DNA from: an uncultured Gammaproteobacteria bacterium
Lineage (GTDB): Bacteria > Patescibacteriota > Microgenomatia > UBA10105 > UBA927
Length of the DNA: 64,000 nucleotides
Direction of reading: 5' to 3'
NCBI GenBank assembly: GCA_964621305.1
Contig: CAZUOM010000001.1
Location: 10,390 to 74,389, forward strand
Numbering within the stretch: position 1 is the first letter of the stretch; each line of letters starts with the position of its first letter. The notes below the pieces were generated by a model, which was given only the letters and a program-made list of their open reading frames with translations, was not told the DNA's origin and made no database searches. The position numbers and the translations under genes are program-made. Shown in pieces: positions 38,059-47,914 of this stretch.

Positions 38059-40068
38059 ATGAACTTATACTTACAACTTTCTCTTCTCGGTGGGGTAGCT
38101 GCCGTCGTCTACGGACTATATCTTGCTTACAAAATCATCCATCTCCCCAAGGGCACCCCTGACATGAACAAAATCTCCGACGCCATAGCAGAAGGCGCGC
38201 AGGCGTTTCTCAAGAGGCAGTACATGACGATCGGCGTGTTAGCAATCCTCATCGCCGCTGGACTATATTTTGGACTCGGACAAATGTCAGCGATCGGCTT
38301 TCTCGTGGGGGCAGTCTGTTCTGCTGTTGCCGGCTTTATCGGCATGAATGTCGCGGTTCGGGCAAACATCCGGACTGCTCAGGCGGCTAAATCCGGACTC
38401 AAAGAAGCCCTTTCCGCTGCATTTTCCGGCGGAGCAGTCACGGGGCTCATGGTTGCCGGCCTGGCGCTTCTTGCCGTAACCGGCACTTACTTTTTTGTCA
38501 GCCAGGCAGGAGTGCTCGACATCAAGCCGCTCATCGCCCTCGGTTTCGGTGGTTCGCTTATCTCAGTTTTTGCCAGGCTCGGCGGCGGCATCTACACCAA
38601 AGGAGCGGACGTGGGAACGGATATGGTGGGCAAAATTGAAAAAGGAATTCCAGAGGATGACCCCAGAAACCCCGGAGTGATCGCGGACTTGGTGGGCGAT
38701 AACGTCGGCGATGACGCAGGCATGGCTGCGGATCTATTTGAAACCTATATCGTAACGGCCGTAGCCACAATTTTACTGGGACAACTTACACTTCCCGACT
38801 CAAGTAATGCTCTTATCTATCCGTTGGTTTTGGGTGCAGCTGGCGTTGTAGCAAGCATCGTCGGAACGTTTTTTGTGCGCTTGGGAAAAGGCAAGGGCAT
38901 TATGGCAGCGCTTTACAAAGGTTTGATTGCCGCCTCGATTGTTTCGGCAGGCCTTTTTTACGTAGTTACTAAAGCGCTCATCGCTGACGCACCTGATCTG
39001 ACAACGCTCAATGTTTACCTATCAACGTTGGTCGGCCTTGCCGTAACAATCGGTATGGTAGTGATCACCGAATACTATACGTCCAAAAAATATGAATCTG
39101 TGCAGACGATTGCCCAGGCGGCCAATACCGGCCACGGCACCAATATCATCGCGGGACTGGCTGTTTCGATGAAGTCGACGTTTGCGCCGGTACTCCTCAT
39201 TGTTGCGGCCACCTTTATCGCGTATCTTTTGGCTGGCCTCTACGGCATTGCTGTTGCCACCATGGCAATGCTGGCCCTGGCTGGAATTGTGATAGCCATA
39301 GACGCCTTCGGCCCCATCACCGATAACGCCGGAGGAATTGCAGAGATGACCAACCAGCCCCAAAAAGTCCGCGACGTCACAGATAGCCTTGATGCCGTGG
39401 GCAATACCACCAAGGCAGTCACTAAAGGATACGCCATCGCCTCAGCCGGTTTGGCAGCTCTCGTCCTATTCGCTAGCTATACACAAGAACTAGGTACAAG
39501 CGGCGCATTTGTGAGTTTTAATCTCGATGACCCGTATGTCATCATGGGTCTTCTCATTGGTGCAGCAATGCCTTACATGTTCGGGGCTATGGCAATGGAA
39601 GCAGTCGGCCGCGCCGCACAAGCAGTGGTGATCGAGGTCCGTCGCCAGTTTAAGACAATTAAAGGAATTATGACCGGAAAAGCCACGCCGGAATATGGAA
39701 AAGCCGTAGATATAGTCACCCGCGCCGCGCTGCGCGAAATGATGGCACCCGCTCTGACTCCTGTCGTTGGCCCAATAGCTGTCGGATTTGCCCTGGGCCC
39801 GGCAGCCCTCGGCGGATTTTTAGTCGGCACCATCGTCACCGGGCTCTTCGTGGCAATTTCCATGACCACCGGAGGAGCCGCGTGGGACAACGCTAAAAAG
39901 TATATTGAAGAGGGGCACTTTGGAGGGAAAGGATCGACGGCGCACGCCTGCGCCGTCACCGGCGACACGGTAGGAGACCCGTACAAAGACACCGCCGGCC
40001 CAGCCATTAACCCCATGATTAAAGTCGCCAACATCGTCGCCCTCCTCATCGCAGGCTTCTTGCGATAA
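38059..40068 (+). CDS. hppA: Membrane H+-translocating pyrophosphatase (K+-independent type)
   Basis: [21 protein letters not shown] (Lys at determinant position), [10 protein letters not shown]. Confidence 0.96.
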   Translation: MNLYLQLSLLGGVAAVVYGLYLAYKIIHLPKGTPDMNKISDAIAEGAQAFLKRQYMTIGVLAILIAAGLYFGLGQMSAIGFLVGAVCSAVAGFIGMNVAVRANIRTAQAAKSGLKEALSAAFSGGAVTGLMVAGLALLAVTGTYFFVSQAGVLDIKPLIALGFGGSLISVFARLGGGIYTKGADVGTDMVGKIEKGIPEDDPRNPGVIADLVGDNVGDDAGMAADLFETYIVTAVATILLGQLTLPDSSNALIYPLVLGAAGVVASIVGTFFVRLGKGKGIMAALYKGLIAASIVSAGLFYVVTKALIADAPDLTTLNVYLSTLVGLAVTIGMVVITEYYTSKKYESVQTIAQAANTGHGTNIIAGLAVSMKSTFAPVLLIVAATFIAYLLAGLYGIAVATMAMLALAGIVIAIDAFGPITDNAGGIAEMTNQPQKVRDVTDSLDAVGNTTKAVTKGYAIASAGLAALVLFASYTQELGTSGAFVSFNLDDPYVIMGLLIGAAMPYMFGAMAMEAVGRAAQAVVIEVRRQFKTIKGIMTGKATPEYGKAVDIVTRAALREMMAPALTPVVGPIAVGFALGPAALGGFLVGTIVTGLFVAISMTTGGAAWDNAKKYIEEGHFGGKGSTAHACAVTGDTVGDPYKDTAGPAINPMIKVANIVALLIAGFLR

Positions 40069-40078
40069 AGCAATCGGA

Positions 40079-42556
40079 ATGAACATCGGAAAAATTCAAC
40101 CATCCGAGATTGTTGCCGAGATGCAAAAGTCGTACCTCGACTATGCAATGAGCGTCATCGTGGCGCGGGCTCTGCCTGACGTCAAAGACGGACTCAAGCC
40201 GGTACACCGGAGGATCCTATTTGCCATGCATCAGATGGGCCTTGCGCACACGAGCAAATACACCAAAAGCGCCAAGGTGGTCGGAGAAGTTTTGGGGAAA
40301 TATCACCCCCACGGAGACGCGCCCGTCTACGAAGCGCTCGTCCGGCTGGCTCAAAACTTTTCCATGCGCTACCCCCTTATCGACGGCCAGGGAAATTTTG
40401 GCTCTATCGACGGCGACCCGCCAGCTGCCATGCGCTATACCGAGACGAGGCTCTCGGCAATTGCCGCTGAGATGATGCTTGATATTGAAAAAGAAACAGT
40501 CAACTTCATCCCCAATTTTGATGCAACACTCGACGAGCCTACATACCTTCCTGCCAAACTTCCCAATTTGCTTCTCATGGGAAGCGAAGGAATTGCCGTC
40601 GGCATGGCAACAAAGATCCCGCCGCATAACCTTGGCGAAGTCGTCGACGCGTTGGTGTTTCTGATCGGAAAAACAAAAATTACTGACAGCAATTTTTCTT
40701 TCGACGTTTCTCTTGACGAACTTATGGATTACGTTCAGGGCCCGGATTTCCCGACGGCAGGCGCCATCTACGACATTTCCGAAATTAAAAACGCCTACGG
40801 GACAGGCCGGGGAAAGATCATCATGCGCGGCAAAGCCGAAATTGAGGATATAGGCCAAGGAAAATCAGCAATCATCGTGAGCGAACTGCCTTATCAAGTC
40901 AACAAAGCGTTGCTTGTGGCAAAGATCGCAGATCTTGTGAAAGATAAAAAACTCGACGGCATCAGTGATCTGCGCGACGAGTCTGATCGTAAGGGGATTA
41001 GAGTTTACGTCGAACTTAAGCGCGATGCCAGGCCTAAACAGGTCCTCAATAATCTATTTCAGCATACGGCACTCCAGACGAGTTTCCCCGTCAATATGGT
41101 CGCCCTCGTCGACGGCACCCCGCAGACTCTTTCGCTAAAACAAATTCTGGAAGAGTACATCAAGCACCGCCACGCCGTGATCCGCAGACGTAGTGAGTTT
41201 GAACTGAAAGAGGCCCGGGCCCGCGAGCATATTTTGGAAGGGTTAAAGATCGCCGTCGACCACATCGATGAAGTTATCTCGTTGATCAAAAAAAGCGCCA
41301 ACGCAGACGAGGCCAAAACAAAACTGATGGCGCGATTTAAACTAAGCGACCTCCAAGCCACCGCCATCTTGGACATGCAACTAAGGAGGCTCGCTGCCCT
41401 CGAGCGGCAAAAAATCGAAGACGAACTCGCAATGATCCGCGAAACAATCGCCTACCTCACAGATCTTCTGGCTCACCCGGAAAAAATATTAAAAGTCGTC
41501 CGCGACGAGCTGGTCAAACTCAAAGAGCGCTACGGAGATAGCCGCCGAACGCGAGTATTCAAGTCAAAAGTGGGAGAGTTTTCCGAGGAACAGCTCATCG
41601 CCAATGAAGACGTCATCGTCACGATGAGCGAGACTGGTTATATCAAGCGAATGGCACGCGCCACGTTTAAAACCCAGGAACGCGGAGGCAAAGGCGTCAT
41701 CGGCATGACAGCTAAAGAAGAAGATGCCATCGACCGGATTATCTCAGCCCAAACGCATGACAATATGCTCTTCTTTACGGATAAAGGAAAGGTCTACCAG
41801 GTCCGCGCGTGGGATATCCCCGAAGGCAGCCGCCAGAGTAAAGGACAAGCTGTCGTCAACCTCATCAATATCGAGTCAGGAGAAAAAGTGACCTCGGTTC
41901 TCTCATACTCGCTAAAGCGCAGCGAGCAAAAGGAGCAGGGTGTTTCTTTCATCATTATGGCCACAAAAAAAGGGACCGTTAAAAAGACCAAGCTTTCCGA
42001 ATATGAAAATATACGAAGGAGCGGTTTAGTGGCAATTAAACTCGAGGCAGACGACGAGCTCACCTGGGCAAACCTGACAAGCGGAAACGACAACATACTT
42101 CTCGTTTCTCACGACGGAAAATCAATTAAATTTTCTGAAAGTGAAGTCCGCCCTACTGCCCGTGACACGATGGGAGTGCGCGGGATTTTGCTTGGCAAAG
42201 ACGATCATCTGGTGGGCATGGAAGTAATAAATAGCGAAACCAAAAAAGCAGATTTTCTCACTATCATGGAGAAGGGGATAGGGAAAAAAACCGCGGTTTC
42301 CGATTTCCCAAAACAGCACCGCGGCGGCCAGGGCGTCAAGGTGGCGGTAGTCAAAGATAAAACCGGTAAAATCGTCGTCTCGCAGCTCGTGCCTGCTGAC
42401 TGTGAAAGCGTTATTTTAACCTCCACCAAAGGCCAGATCGTCAAACTCCCCATTAGTAGCGTCCCCCGCCTCGGCCGCGCCACCAGCGGCGTGATCCTCA
42501 TGCGCTTCACCAATAAATCCGACACCATCGCCGCAGCGACCTGCCTAACAAAGTAA
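40079..42556 (+). CDS. gyrA: DNA gyrase subunit A
   Basis: [22 protein letters not shown], GyrA-box QERGGKG. Confidence 0.98.
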   Translation: MNIGKIQPSEIVAEMQKSYLDYAMSVIVARALPDVKDGLKPVHRRILFAMHQMGLAHTSKYTKSAKVVGEVLGKYHPHGDAPVYEALVRLAQNFSMRYPLIDGQGNFGSIDGDPPAAMRYTETRLSAIAAEMMLDIEKETVNFIPNFDATLDEPTYLPAKLPNLLLMGSEGIAVGMATKIPPHNLGEVVDALVFLIGKTKITDSNFSFDVSLDELMDYVQGPDFPTAGAIYDISEIKNAYGTGRGKIIMRGKAEIEDIGQGKSAIIVSELPYQVNKALLVAKIADLVKDKKLDGISDLRDESDRKGIRVYVELKRDARPKQVLNNLFQHTALQTSFPVNMVALVDGTPQTLSLKQILEEYIKHRHAVIRRRSEFELKEARAREHILEGLKIAVDHIDEVISLIKKSANADEAKTKLMARFKLSDLQATAILDMQLRRLAALERQKIEDELAMIRETIAYLTDLLAHPEKILKVVRDELVKLKERYGDSRRTRVFKSKVGEFSEEQLIANEDVIVTMSETGYIKRMARATFKTQERGGKGVIGMTAKEEDAIDRIISAQTHDNMLFFTDKGKVYQVRAWDIPEGSRQSKGQAVVNLINIESGEKVTSVLSYSLKRSEQKEQGVSFIIMATKKGTVKKTKLSEYENIRRSGLVAIKLEADDELTWANLTSGNDNILLVSHDGKSIKFSESEVRPTARDTMGVRGILLGKDDHLVGMEVINSETKKADFLTIMEKGIGKKTAVSDFPKQHRGGQGVKVAVVKDKTGKIVVSQLVPADCESVILTSTKGQIVKLPISSVPRLGRATSGVILMRFTNKSDTIAAATCLTK

Positions 42557-42564
42557 ATCTTAGC

Positions 42565-42867
42565 ATGCCCACTATCCCTGAATCCATAACTCCCGATCAG
42601 CAAGCGGAAAGAGATAAACTATTCCAAGAAGGGGGGGAAAATTATGTAAGGCAATACTTTGGACATATCCAAAAACTATTGGCAGCCGTTGATAAAAGCA
42701 TAGAAGAAAATCTTCTGCCAAATAGTCCCGATGATATCGGTTTTTTGGGAGCGTTAAAAAGTAGAATTTTTCAAAGAATGCAAAAACTAGGTATTATCCC
42801 GGACCCACCCAATATCGCAGGATACCAAGAAATAGAAAAAAAAGACCCCCAAGATTGGCGGGAATAG
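42565..42867 (+). CDS. Orphan hypothetical protein
   Basis: 100 aa AT-rich ORF directly after gyrA. Confidence 0.6.
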   Translation: MPTIPESITPDQQAERDKLFQEGGENYVRQYFGHIQKLLAAVDKSIEENLLPNSPDDIGFLGALKSRIFQRMQKLGIIPDPPNIAGYQEIEKKDPQDWRE

Positions 42868-42906
42868 ATTATCAGTCCAATCATTTTCACCATGATTACC
42901 GCTTGG

Positions 42907-42949
42907 CCTAGCAGTAACAAGCGGCCGCGGTTAACTTCAAGGTTTAAAA
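42907..42949. repeat. Degenerate copy of the 44323 palindromic element
   Basis: CCTAGcAGTAaCAAGCGGCCGC...AGGT aligns without gaps to 44324-44366. Confidence 0.7.
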
Positions 42950-42996
42950 CGATCTGTCATTTTCTTCTTCTCTGTCATTTGCTAGAATACGAATGT

Positions 42997-43434
42997 ATGC
43001 AAAATCCAATTTCGCCCAGCGTGCGTAGCGCCATACAGACCATCCTCGCCGGCTATCCGCAGGTAGTTGCGGTTTATCTCTACGGCTCGCACGGCCGGGG
43101 AACAGCCAACACACTCAGCGATATTGACATTGCCGTCATGCTCGCCAAGCCCTCCGATGCAACCGGAGACTTTCACCTTGACATCATCGGTGAAATGATG
43201 CGTATTTTCCATACCGACCAAGTGGACGTCCAACTGTTGACCATCGATACACCACCGGCTTTGGCATTTCGCATGATCCAAGGGAAAGTTCTCTACTGTA
43301 GGTCGTTAAAGACAAAAGCGCTAATCGAAGCCCAGGTTCTCTCTCGCTATCAAGACTTTCAACCGTTTCTCACTTCCCAATTCTCTGCCATGGAGCAACG
43401 TATCAAGGAGGGGCACTATGCCAGTGGACACTGA
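42997..43434 (+). CDS. MNT nucleotidyltransferase antitoxin (type VII TA)
   Basis: YLYGS..RG....SDIDIAV, VDV. Confidence 0.9.
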   Translation: MQNPISPSVRSAIQTILAGYPQVVAVYLYGSHGRGTANTLSDIDIAVMLAKPSDATGDFHLDIIGEMMRIFHTDQVDVQLLTIDTPPALAFRMIQGKVLYCRSLKTKALIEAQVLSRYQDFQPFLTSQFSAMEQRIKEGHYASGH

Positions 43435-43849
43435 GGGAATTAAACTGAAACTCCAACTATTGGAAGAGTACATTACTGATGTCAAAAAACTTCGGGGCAA
43501 ACCGGAAGCTGCGTTTGTACCGCGTTCTGATACGGAGATCTTAGCCGAACGCCACATCGAGAAAGCCTGCCAGACAGTATTGGACATCGCCAACCACATC
43601 ATTGCTGAAGAAGGCTTAGGAGCACCAACGATGTACCGCGAACTGGGTCCTATCTTAGCCCAACATCGCATCGTCACCCGCAACGTGGCAAAGAAAATGG
43701 AGGAGATTGCCAAATTCCGCAACCGTCTAGTGCATCAATATGCCACACTCGATCCGAAGACGATTTTCCGTATCGTACATCACGATATCGATGACCTAGT
43801 TATTTTTGCACAACAAATAGCAGTGTATTTGGAAAAGAAAAAATCATGA
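43418..43849 (+). CDS. HEPN/DUF86 ribonuclease toxin
   Basis: FRNRLVHQY (Rx4HxY); overlaps MNT gene. Confidence 0.92.
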   Translation: MPVDTEGIKLKLQLLEEYITDVKKLRGKPEAAFVPRSDTEILAERHIEKACQTVLDIANHIIAEEGLGAPTMYRELGPILAQHRIVTRNVAKKMEEIAKFRNRLVHQYATLDPKTIFRIVHHDIDDLVIFAQQIAVYLEKKKS

Positions 43850-43860
43850 TGTCATTTCGA

Positions 43861-43941
43861 CGGAGTACCAGCGGCGTCATCCTCATGCGCTTCACCAACA
43901 AAAGTGATACAATAGAAGCTACAACCTGCTTAACAAAGTAA
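43861..43941 (+). pseudogene. Recoded copy of gyrA 3' end (27 codons)
   Basis: [26 protein letters not shown] vs [26 protein letters not shown] at 42476-42556. Confidence 0.95.
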
Positions 43942-43943
43942 TT

Positions 43944-44261
43944 ATGCCTCAAGCATTAGAATTCCGGTGTTATAAGATAATAAGTGATACGCAAATATTA
44001 TGTGATCCTGACGAAGCAGTTTTTTTATATGCTGGTGGTTCAATTTACAGGCCCCGTTGGGAGCGAAGAGCGACCTCAGATCAATTCAGAAATATACCAA
44101 ACTCCAAAGGGGGTTTTATGAATGCTGGAGTAACGGAAATCAAAGGCGTAAAAACACGCTATGGTGACGATAGGAGATTTATCATTTCTGGAAGCAGACG
44201 TGTTATAGATAAATTAGTCTCAAGGCTCCAAGAAAGATATGATGAAGAGACAGATGAATAA
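43944..44261 (+). CDS. Orphan hypothetical protein
   Basis: 105 aa ORF starting 2 nt after the gyrA-tail copy. Confidence 0.6.
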   Translation: MPQALEFRCYKIISDTQILCDPDEAVFLYAGGSIYRPRWERRATSDQFRNIPNSKGGFMNAGVTEIKGVKTRYGDDRRFIISGSRRVIDKLVSRLQERYDEETDE

Positions 44262-44315
44262 GTATTCCGGGCCAAAACTGCTTCAAATATTTCAGCACCG
44301 GATCAAGAGGGAAAT
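44262..44315 (+). pseudogene. Degraded 5' stub of Bcp peroxiredoxin (stub 1)
   Basis: TASNISAPDQEGN, similar to TPNFSAPDQDGK at 45106. Confidence 0.65.
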
Positions 44316-44322
44316 CCGTGGA

Positions 44323-44360
44323 ACCTAGTAGTAGCAAGCGGCCGCTTTTCACTACTAGGT
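44323..44360. repeat. REP-like palindrome
   Basis: ACCTAGTAGT..AAGCGGCCGCTT..ACTACTAGGT. Confidence 0.8.
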
Positions 44361-44408
44361 CTGAAATTAATCGACAATCATTTTAAATGATGGTATTATA
44401 ATGGCTAG

Positions 44409-44480
44409 ATGAAGCTGACTGCTGGAATGAAGGCGCCGGAGTTTTCGGGACAGGATCAAGACGGATATGATTTGACTTAG
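44409..44480 (+). pseudogene. 5' stub of Bcp peroxiredoxin (stub 2)
   Basis: MKLTAGMKAPEFSGQDQDG then stop; TATAAT 6 nt upstream. Confidence 0.8.
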
Positions 44481-44508
44481 GCGTGGGGCCTCGGTATAGT
44501 AAGCTCAT

Positions 44509-44736
44509 ATGACACAAACCCTACTTCAAAATCTGCAAAAGAAATACAAAGATGGTGGGTATGCGCTCGTGTCTCCAGACACCGGCCGGGTGGCACTATT
44601 TGCTGATACAATAAAAAAGCTTTACCAAGCCATCGAGATAAAACAAATCCAGGACGCAGACAAAGTGGTGATGTACATCCCACCGCCAAAAGTCACGCAT
44701 GCCTTTTCGCTTTCCTTATCAGTACGGCTTCGTTGA
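44509..44736 (+). CDS. Small DUF5678-like protein
   Basis: KKYKDGGYAL...GRV pattern; overlaps the aspartyl protease gene. Confidence 0.65.
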   Translation: MTQTLLQNLQKKYKDGGYALVSPDTGRVALFADTIKKLYQAIEIKQIQDADKVVMYIPPPKVTHAFSLSLSVRLR

Positions 44737-45109
44737 CGACCGCAAGATTCCGTACCCGATCGTTCCCGTGCAATTTCACACCATCCGTGGACTTCGTGCC
44801 TACTCATTCATCATGGATACCGGAGCGGACACGCTCACATTGCCAAACTATATGATGACGTTGTTGGGGATAAAACGCCCCTCGCTTAGAAGAAGCTTGA
44901 TGCAAGGTATCGGTGCCAACCTCGTTTCGATTTGGGAGGGGACAATTCCCATAACCTTCTGCCAAAAAACCTTTTTGGTGCACTGTTCATTTACCGAGCA
45001 CGACACAACTCCTTTTTTGCTCGGCAAGGAAGGCATTTTCAAACGATTCTCCGTAACATTCGACAACGACCAAAAAATGACAATTTTTCAAGAAAGGAAA
45101 AGCGAATGA
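44699..45109 (+). CDS. Retropepsin-like aspartyl protease
   Basis: FIMDTGAD, LLGKEGIF. Confidence 0.85.
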   Translation: MPFRFPYQYGFVDDRKIPYPIVPVQFHTIRGLRAYSFIMDTGADTLTLPNYMMTLLGIKRPSLRRSLMQGIGANLVSIWEGTIPITFCQKTFLVHCSFTEHDTTPFLLGKEGIFKRFSVTFDNDQKMTIFQERKSE

Positions 45110-45267
45110 AGTGTACACAAGGGATGGCGACACCAAATTTTTCTGCACCGGATCAGGATGGGAAAATTCATAGGCTCGCTGATTACAAAGGGAAATGGGT
45201 GCTTCTCTATTTTTACCCCAAAGATTTTACATCCGGCTGCACGGTGGAGGCTTGCAATATCTTCTAA
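45106..45267 (+). pseudogene. bcp: Truncated Bcp peroxiredoxin (stub 3, 53 aa)
   Basis: GKWVLLYFYPKDFTSGCTVEAC then immediate stop inside a tandem repeat. Confidence 0.9.
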
Positions 45268-45293
45268 TATCTTCTAATATCTTCTAATATCTT
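45256..45293 (+). repeat. (AATATCTTCT)x~4 upstream of Fic gene
   Basis: Three perfect 10-mers plus a partial unit, ending 5 nt before ATG. Confidence 0.9.
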
Positions 45294-45298
45294 ACAAG

Positions 45299-46294
45299 AT
45301 GAAATTTCCTCCAAGATTCCGAGAAACAGAAACGATTAAACGGCTCGTCCACGAGCTCGATATCCTGAAAGAAGCGTTTAAACTATTGCCGATTGCGCCA
45401 CAAACGATTGCTTATCTTGCCCGAAAATCGATCCTCAAAAGCGCACTGTTTTCTGCCCGTATCGAGGGAAATCCGCTTACAGAAGGAGAACTTTCATCAT
45501 CTGACTTGTTAAGTCCAAACGATCAAAGCAAGCGTGAGGTGTCCAACATCGCCCACGCCATAACCGCGGTAGTAGAGACCAAGCAAACCGATCTTACGCT
45601 TCCGTTTCTCCTCCGTTTGCACAAGATGACCCTTTCGCTTCTTGCAGTGGACGCTGGACGTTTACGCACTGACGAGGGAGCAATATTCAACCAAGCCGGT
45701 GTGGCCGTCTACCTCACCCCCGCGCCATGGAACATCAAGAAATTGCTTGTTCCTTTGCTTCACTACTGTAATACTAGTCGTCATCACGCGGTGGTGGCTG
45801 CGGCGGTTGCCCATATCTGGTTTGAGAAAATTCACCCCTTCCGTGACGGCAACGGAAGAGTAGGACGACTGATCTCGCTTTTTCTTCTCAATAAAGGGGG
45901 ATACGGCTTTACCGGCGTTGTGCCGTTTGAAGAGTATTTGGATTCCCATCGACAAGACTACTACGACGCGCTAGCGCCGGATCGAACCGATGTTACCGGC
46001 TTCGTCGAATTTTTTTTAACGGCACTTCTTACGCAAACCAAAACGTCTTTTGAGGAGATCAAACAGGCTGACTCGACCAAAACATCCAATTTGCTACCAC
46101 GCCGCGAGGAGATTCTGAATGTTGTCCGCGATCACCAGGTGGTGTCCTTTGATTTTCTCGCCCGCCGCTTCCGTGCCGTGCGAAACAGTACGCTGCATTA
46201 CGATATCCAACAGCTGATCAAAGCAGGTCTGATCCATAAACTAGGAACGACGCGCGGGGTCCTTTACTCGCCGGCAAAAACCACGCTACAATGA
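45299..46294 (+). CDS. Fic-domain protein with C-terminal winged HTH
   Basis: SARIEGN, HPFRDGNGRVGR, C-terminal TLHYDIQQL..G.T.G..Y. Confidence 0.93.
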   Translation: MKFPPRFRETETIKRLVHELDILKEAFKLLPIAPQTIAYLARKSILKSALFSARIEGNPLTEGELSSSDLLSPNDQSKREVSNIAHAITAVVETKQTDLTLPFLLRLHKMTLSLLAVDAGRLRTDEGAIFNQAGVAVYLTPAPWNIKKLLVPLLHYCNTSRHHAVVAAAVAHIWFEKIHPFRDGNGRVGRLISLFLLNKGGYGFTGVVPFEEYLDSHRQDYYDALAPDRTDVTGFVEFFLTALLTQTKTSFEEIKQADSTKTSNLLPRREEILNVVRDHQVVSFDFLARRFRAVRNSTLHYDIQQLIKAGLIHKLGTTRGVLYSPAKTTLQ

Positions 46295-46298
46295 AGGC

Positions 46299-46811
46299 AT
46301 GAGTAAACGAAGGGCTGCGGCTGTAAATTACATCCGGACTTTTGTATTCGGTGTCGAAGACAGCCTCGTCTCAACCGTTGGCCTCCTCTCCGGGGTAACT
46401 GTCGGCGGTGTCGAGAAGCCGCAGATTATTATCACCGGCGTCGTCCTTCTCCTGGTTGAAGCCTTTTCCATGGCAGTTGGGAGCCTCATCTCAGAGCAGT
46501 CAGCAGAAGAGTATGTCAAACACCGCGAAGTGCCGATCACCAACGACCTCCTCGACAGTGCCATTATGTTTTTCTCCTATCTCTTCTTTGGCCTTATACC
46601 GCTTTCTCCTTATTTGTTCCTTGCCCCACAGCAGGCACTCCCGCTTTCTATCGGCAGTACTCTAGCTGCACTCTTCCTATTGGGTGTCGTTGGTGCAATC
46701 GTCTTCAAAATTAATATCCTGCGAAACGGACTTCGCACGCTCCTCCTCGGCGGCAGCGCAATCGCAATCGGCATCCTCGCCGCCACCTGGCTTCAGGCTA
46801 AGGGGTACTAA
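46299..46811 (+). CDS. VIT1/CCC1 family transporter
   Basis: FVFGVEDSLVST, SMAVG..ISE. Confidence 0.9.
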   Translation: MSKRRAAAVNYIRTFVFGVEDSLVSTVGLLSGVTVGGVEKPQIIITGVVLLLVEAFSMAVGSLISEQSAEEYVKHREVPITNDLLDSAIMFFSYLFFGLIPLSPYLFLAPQQALPLSIGSTLAALFLLGVVGAIVFKINILRNGLRTLLLGGSAIAIGILAATWLQAKGY

Positions 46812-46853
46812 GCATAATTGTTTTTCATCGCCTGATTACATACAATCGAATAC

Positions 46854-47748
46854 ATGCACCAGAGCATCATGGCTATTCTAGGAGGAGTGGCGGGGATGAT
46901 TGGTTATGGTTCAGCCGATTTCTTCGCAAAAAAGACCATCGATCGCATAGGAATTCTCAAGAGCGTATTTTACTCTCAACTTATCAGCGTTATTTTCCTT
47001 TTGCTCTTTTTATTTCAAGACCCATCAATGCCAGTATTGAACATCCAAGTAATTATTACCCTAGTATTATTTGGTTTTTTCTGGGCAGCCGGTTACCTCG
47101 CTCTTTATCGGGCGTTTGAAGTTGGAAAAATAAGTGTCGTTAGTCCAATCACTTCAGCGTTTGCGGCACTTGCTGCAATTAATTCCTTTCTTTTTTTCCG
47201 TGAACCTTTTTCTTTTTTAAAATTGATAGCCATTGTTTTAATTACAATAGGAGTGGTACTTACGGCAATAGACTTAAAAGAGTTGAAAAAGGGACTCAAG
47301 TTGAACGATTTAGTAAAAGGAGTTCCTGAAGCATTTTTTGTTCTTCTAATATTTGGCTTCTTTTGGCCCCTCTGGGATCAATTTACTAGTCGCGGAGGGT
47401 GGGTTATCTTGACAATAATAATGCGTATGGTAGCCGTAACCACCTTTTTCCTGTATGCTCTACTACTTAGGAAAGAAAGCCTCTCTCTCTCTCTCTCTCT
47501 CGTCTTCATCTGGTTACCTCACGGGATTGCTCGCAATTTCTTTTTTTGAAGCACTTGCAATAGGAGGCGTAACATGGGCATTCAATGCAACGATCAACTC
47601 TGCAAGTATCATTGCCGCGACAACAAGCACCTATCCTATCGTAACATTACTTCTCGCTTTTATTTTTTTCAAAGAACGGCTTGCTCGAAATCAGTATGGT
47701 GGCATAATGTTCATTCTCCTGGGTTTAATAGTCAGTCCATTCGTATAA
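46854..47748 (+). pseudogene. EamA/DMT transporter frameshifted at a (CT)10 tract
   Basis: N-part 46854..47549 and C-part 47455..47748 (YPIVTLLLAFIFFKERL) change frame at 47481-47500. Confidence 0.85.
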
Positions 47749-47755
47749 TCCAATG

Positions 47756-47914
47756 ATGAAAATTGATGGAAAAACGATTAGCAATGTAAAGCCGAAGGTT
47801 TCTCCTCTTGGAAAACGACTGCGACAAGCACTAAAAGAAGTTAATTCGGGGAAAACCATTGGTCCTTTTTCAAAATTGTTGCATGGAATGCGAGTTCTCA
47901 AACGAAAAAAATGA
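47756..47914 (+). CDS. Chimeric 52 aa ORF: FolD N-terminal stub fused to antitoxin-like fragment
   Basis: MKIDGKTI + ...RLRQALKEVNSGKTIGPFS; stop overlaps the true folD ATG. Confidence 0.6.
   Translation: MKIDGKTISNVKPKVSPLGKRLRQALKEVNSGKTIGPFSKLLHGMRVLKRKK

Noticed and set aside
39573-40858. Long antisense ORFs (191 and 213 aa) over hppA and gyrA, and similar shadow ORFs elsewhere
   Set aside because: They overlap well-supported genes on the opposite strand and have no recognisable motifs.
42476-43941. gyrA tail pair as a DGR template/variable repeat or as attL/attR of an integrated element
   Set aside because: Differences are not adenine-specific and there is no reverse transcriptase. 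att duplications are near-identical rather than synonymously recoded, and no integrase lies between the copies.
45256-45293. Short repeats as a CRISPR array
   Set aside because: Tandem units without spacers; no cas genes in the window.
42557-47910. Integron cassette array
   Set aside because: No IntI in the tract and no RYYYAAC...GTTRRRY attC sites recognised between genes.
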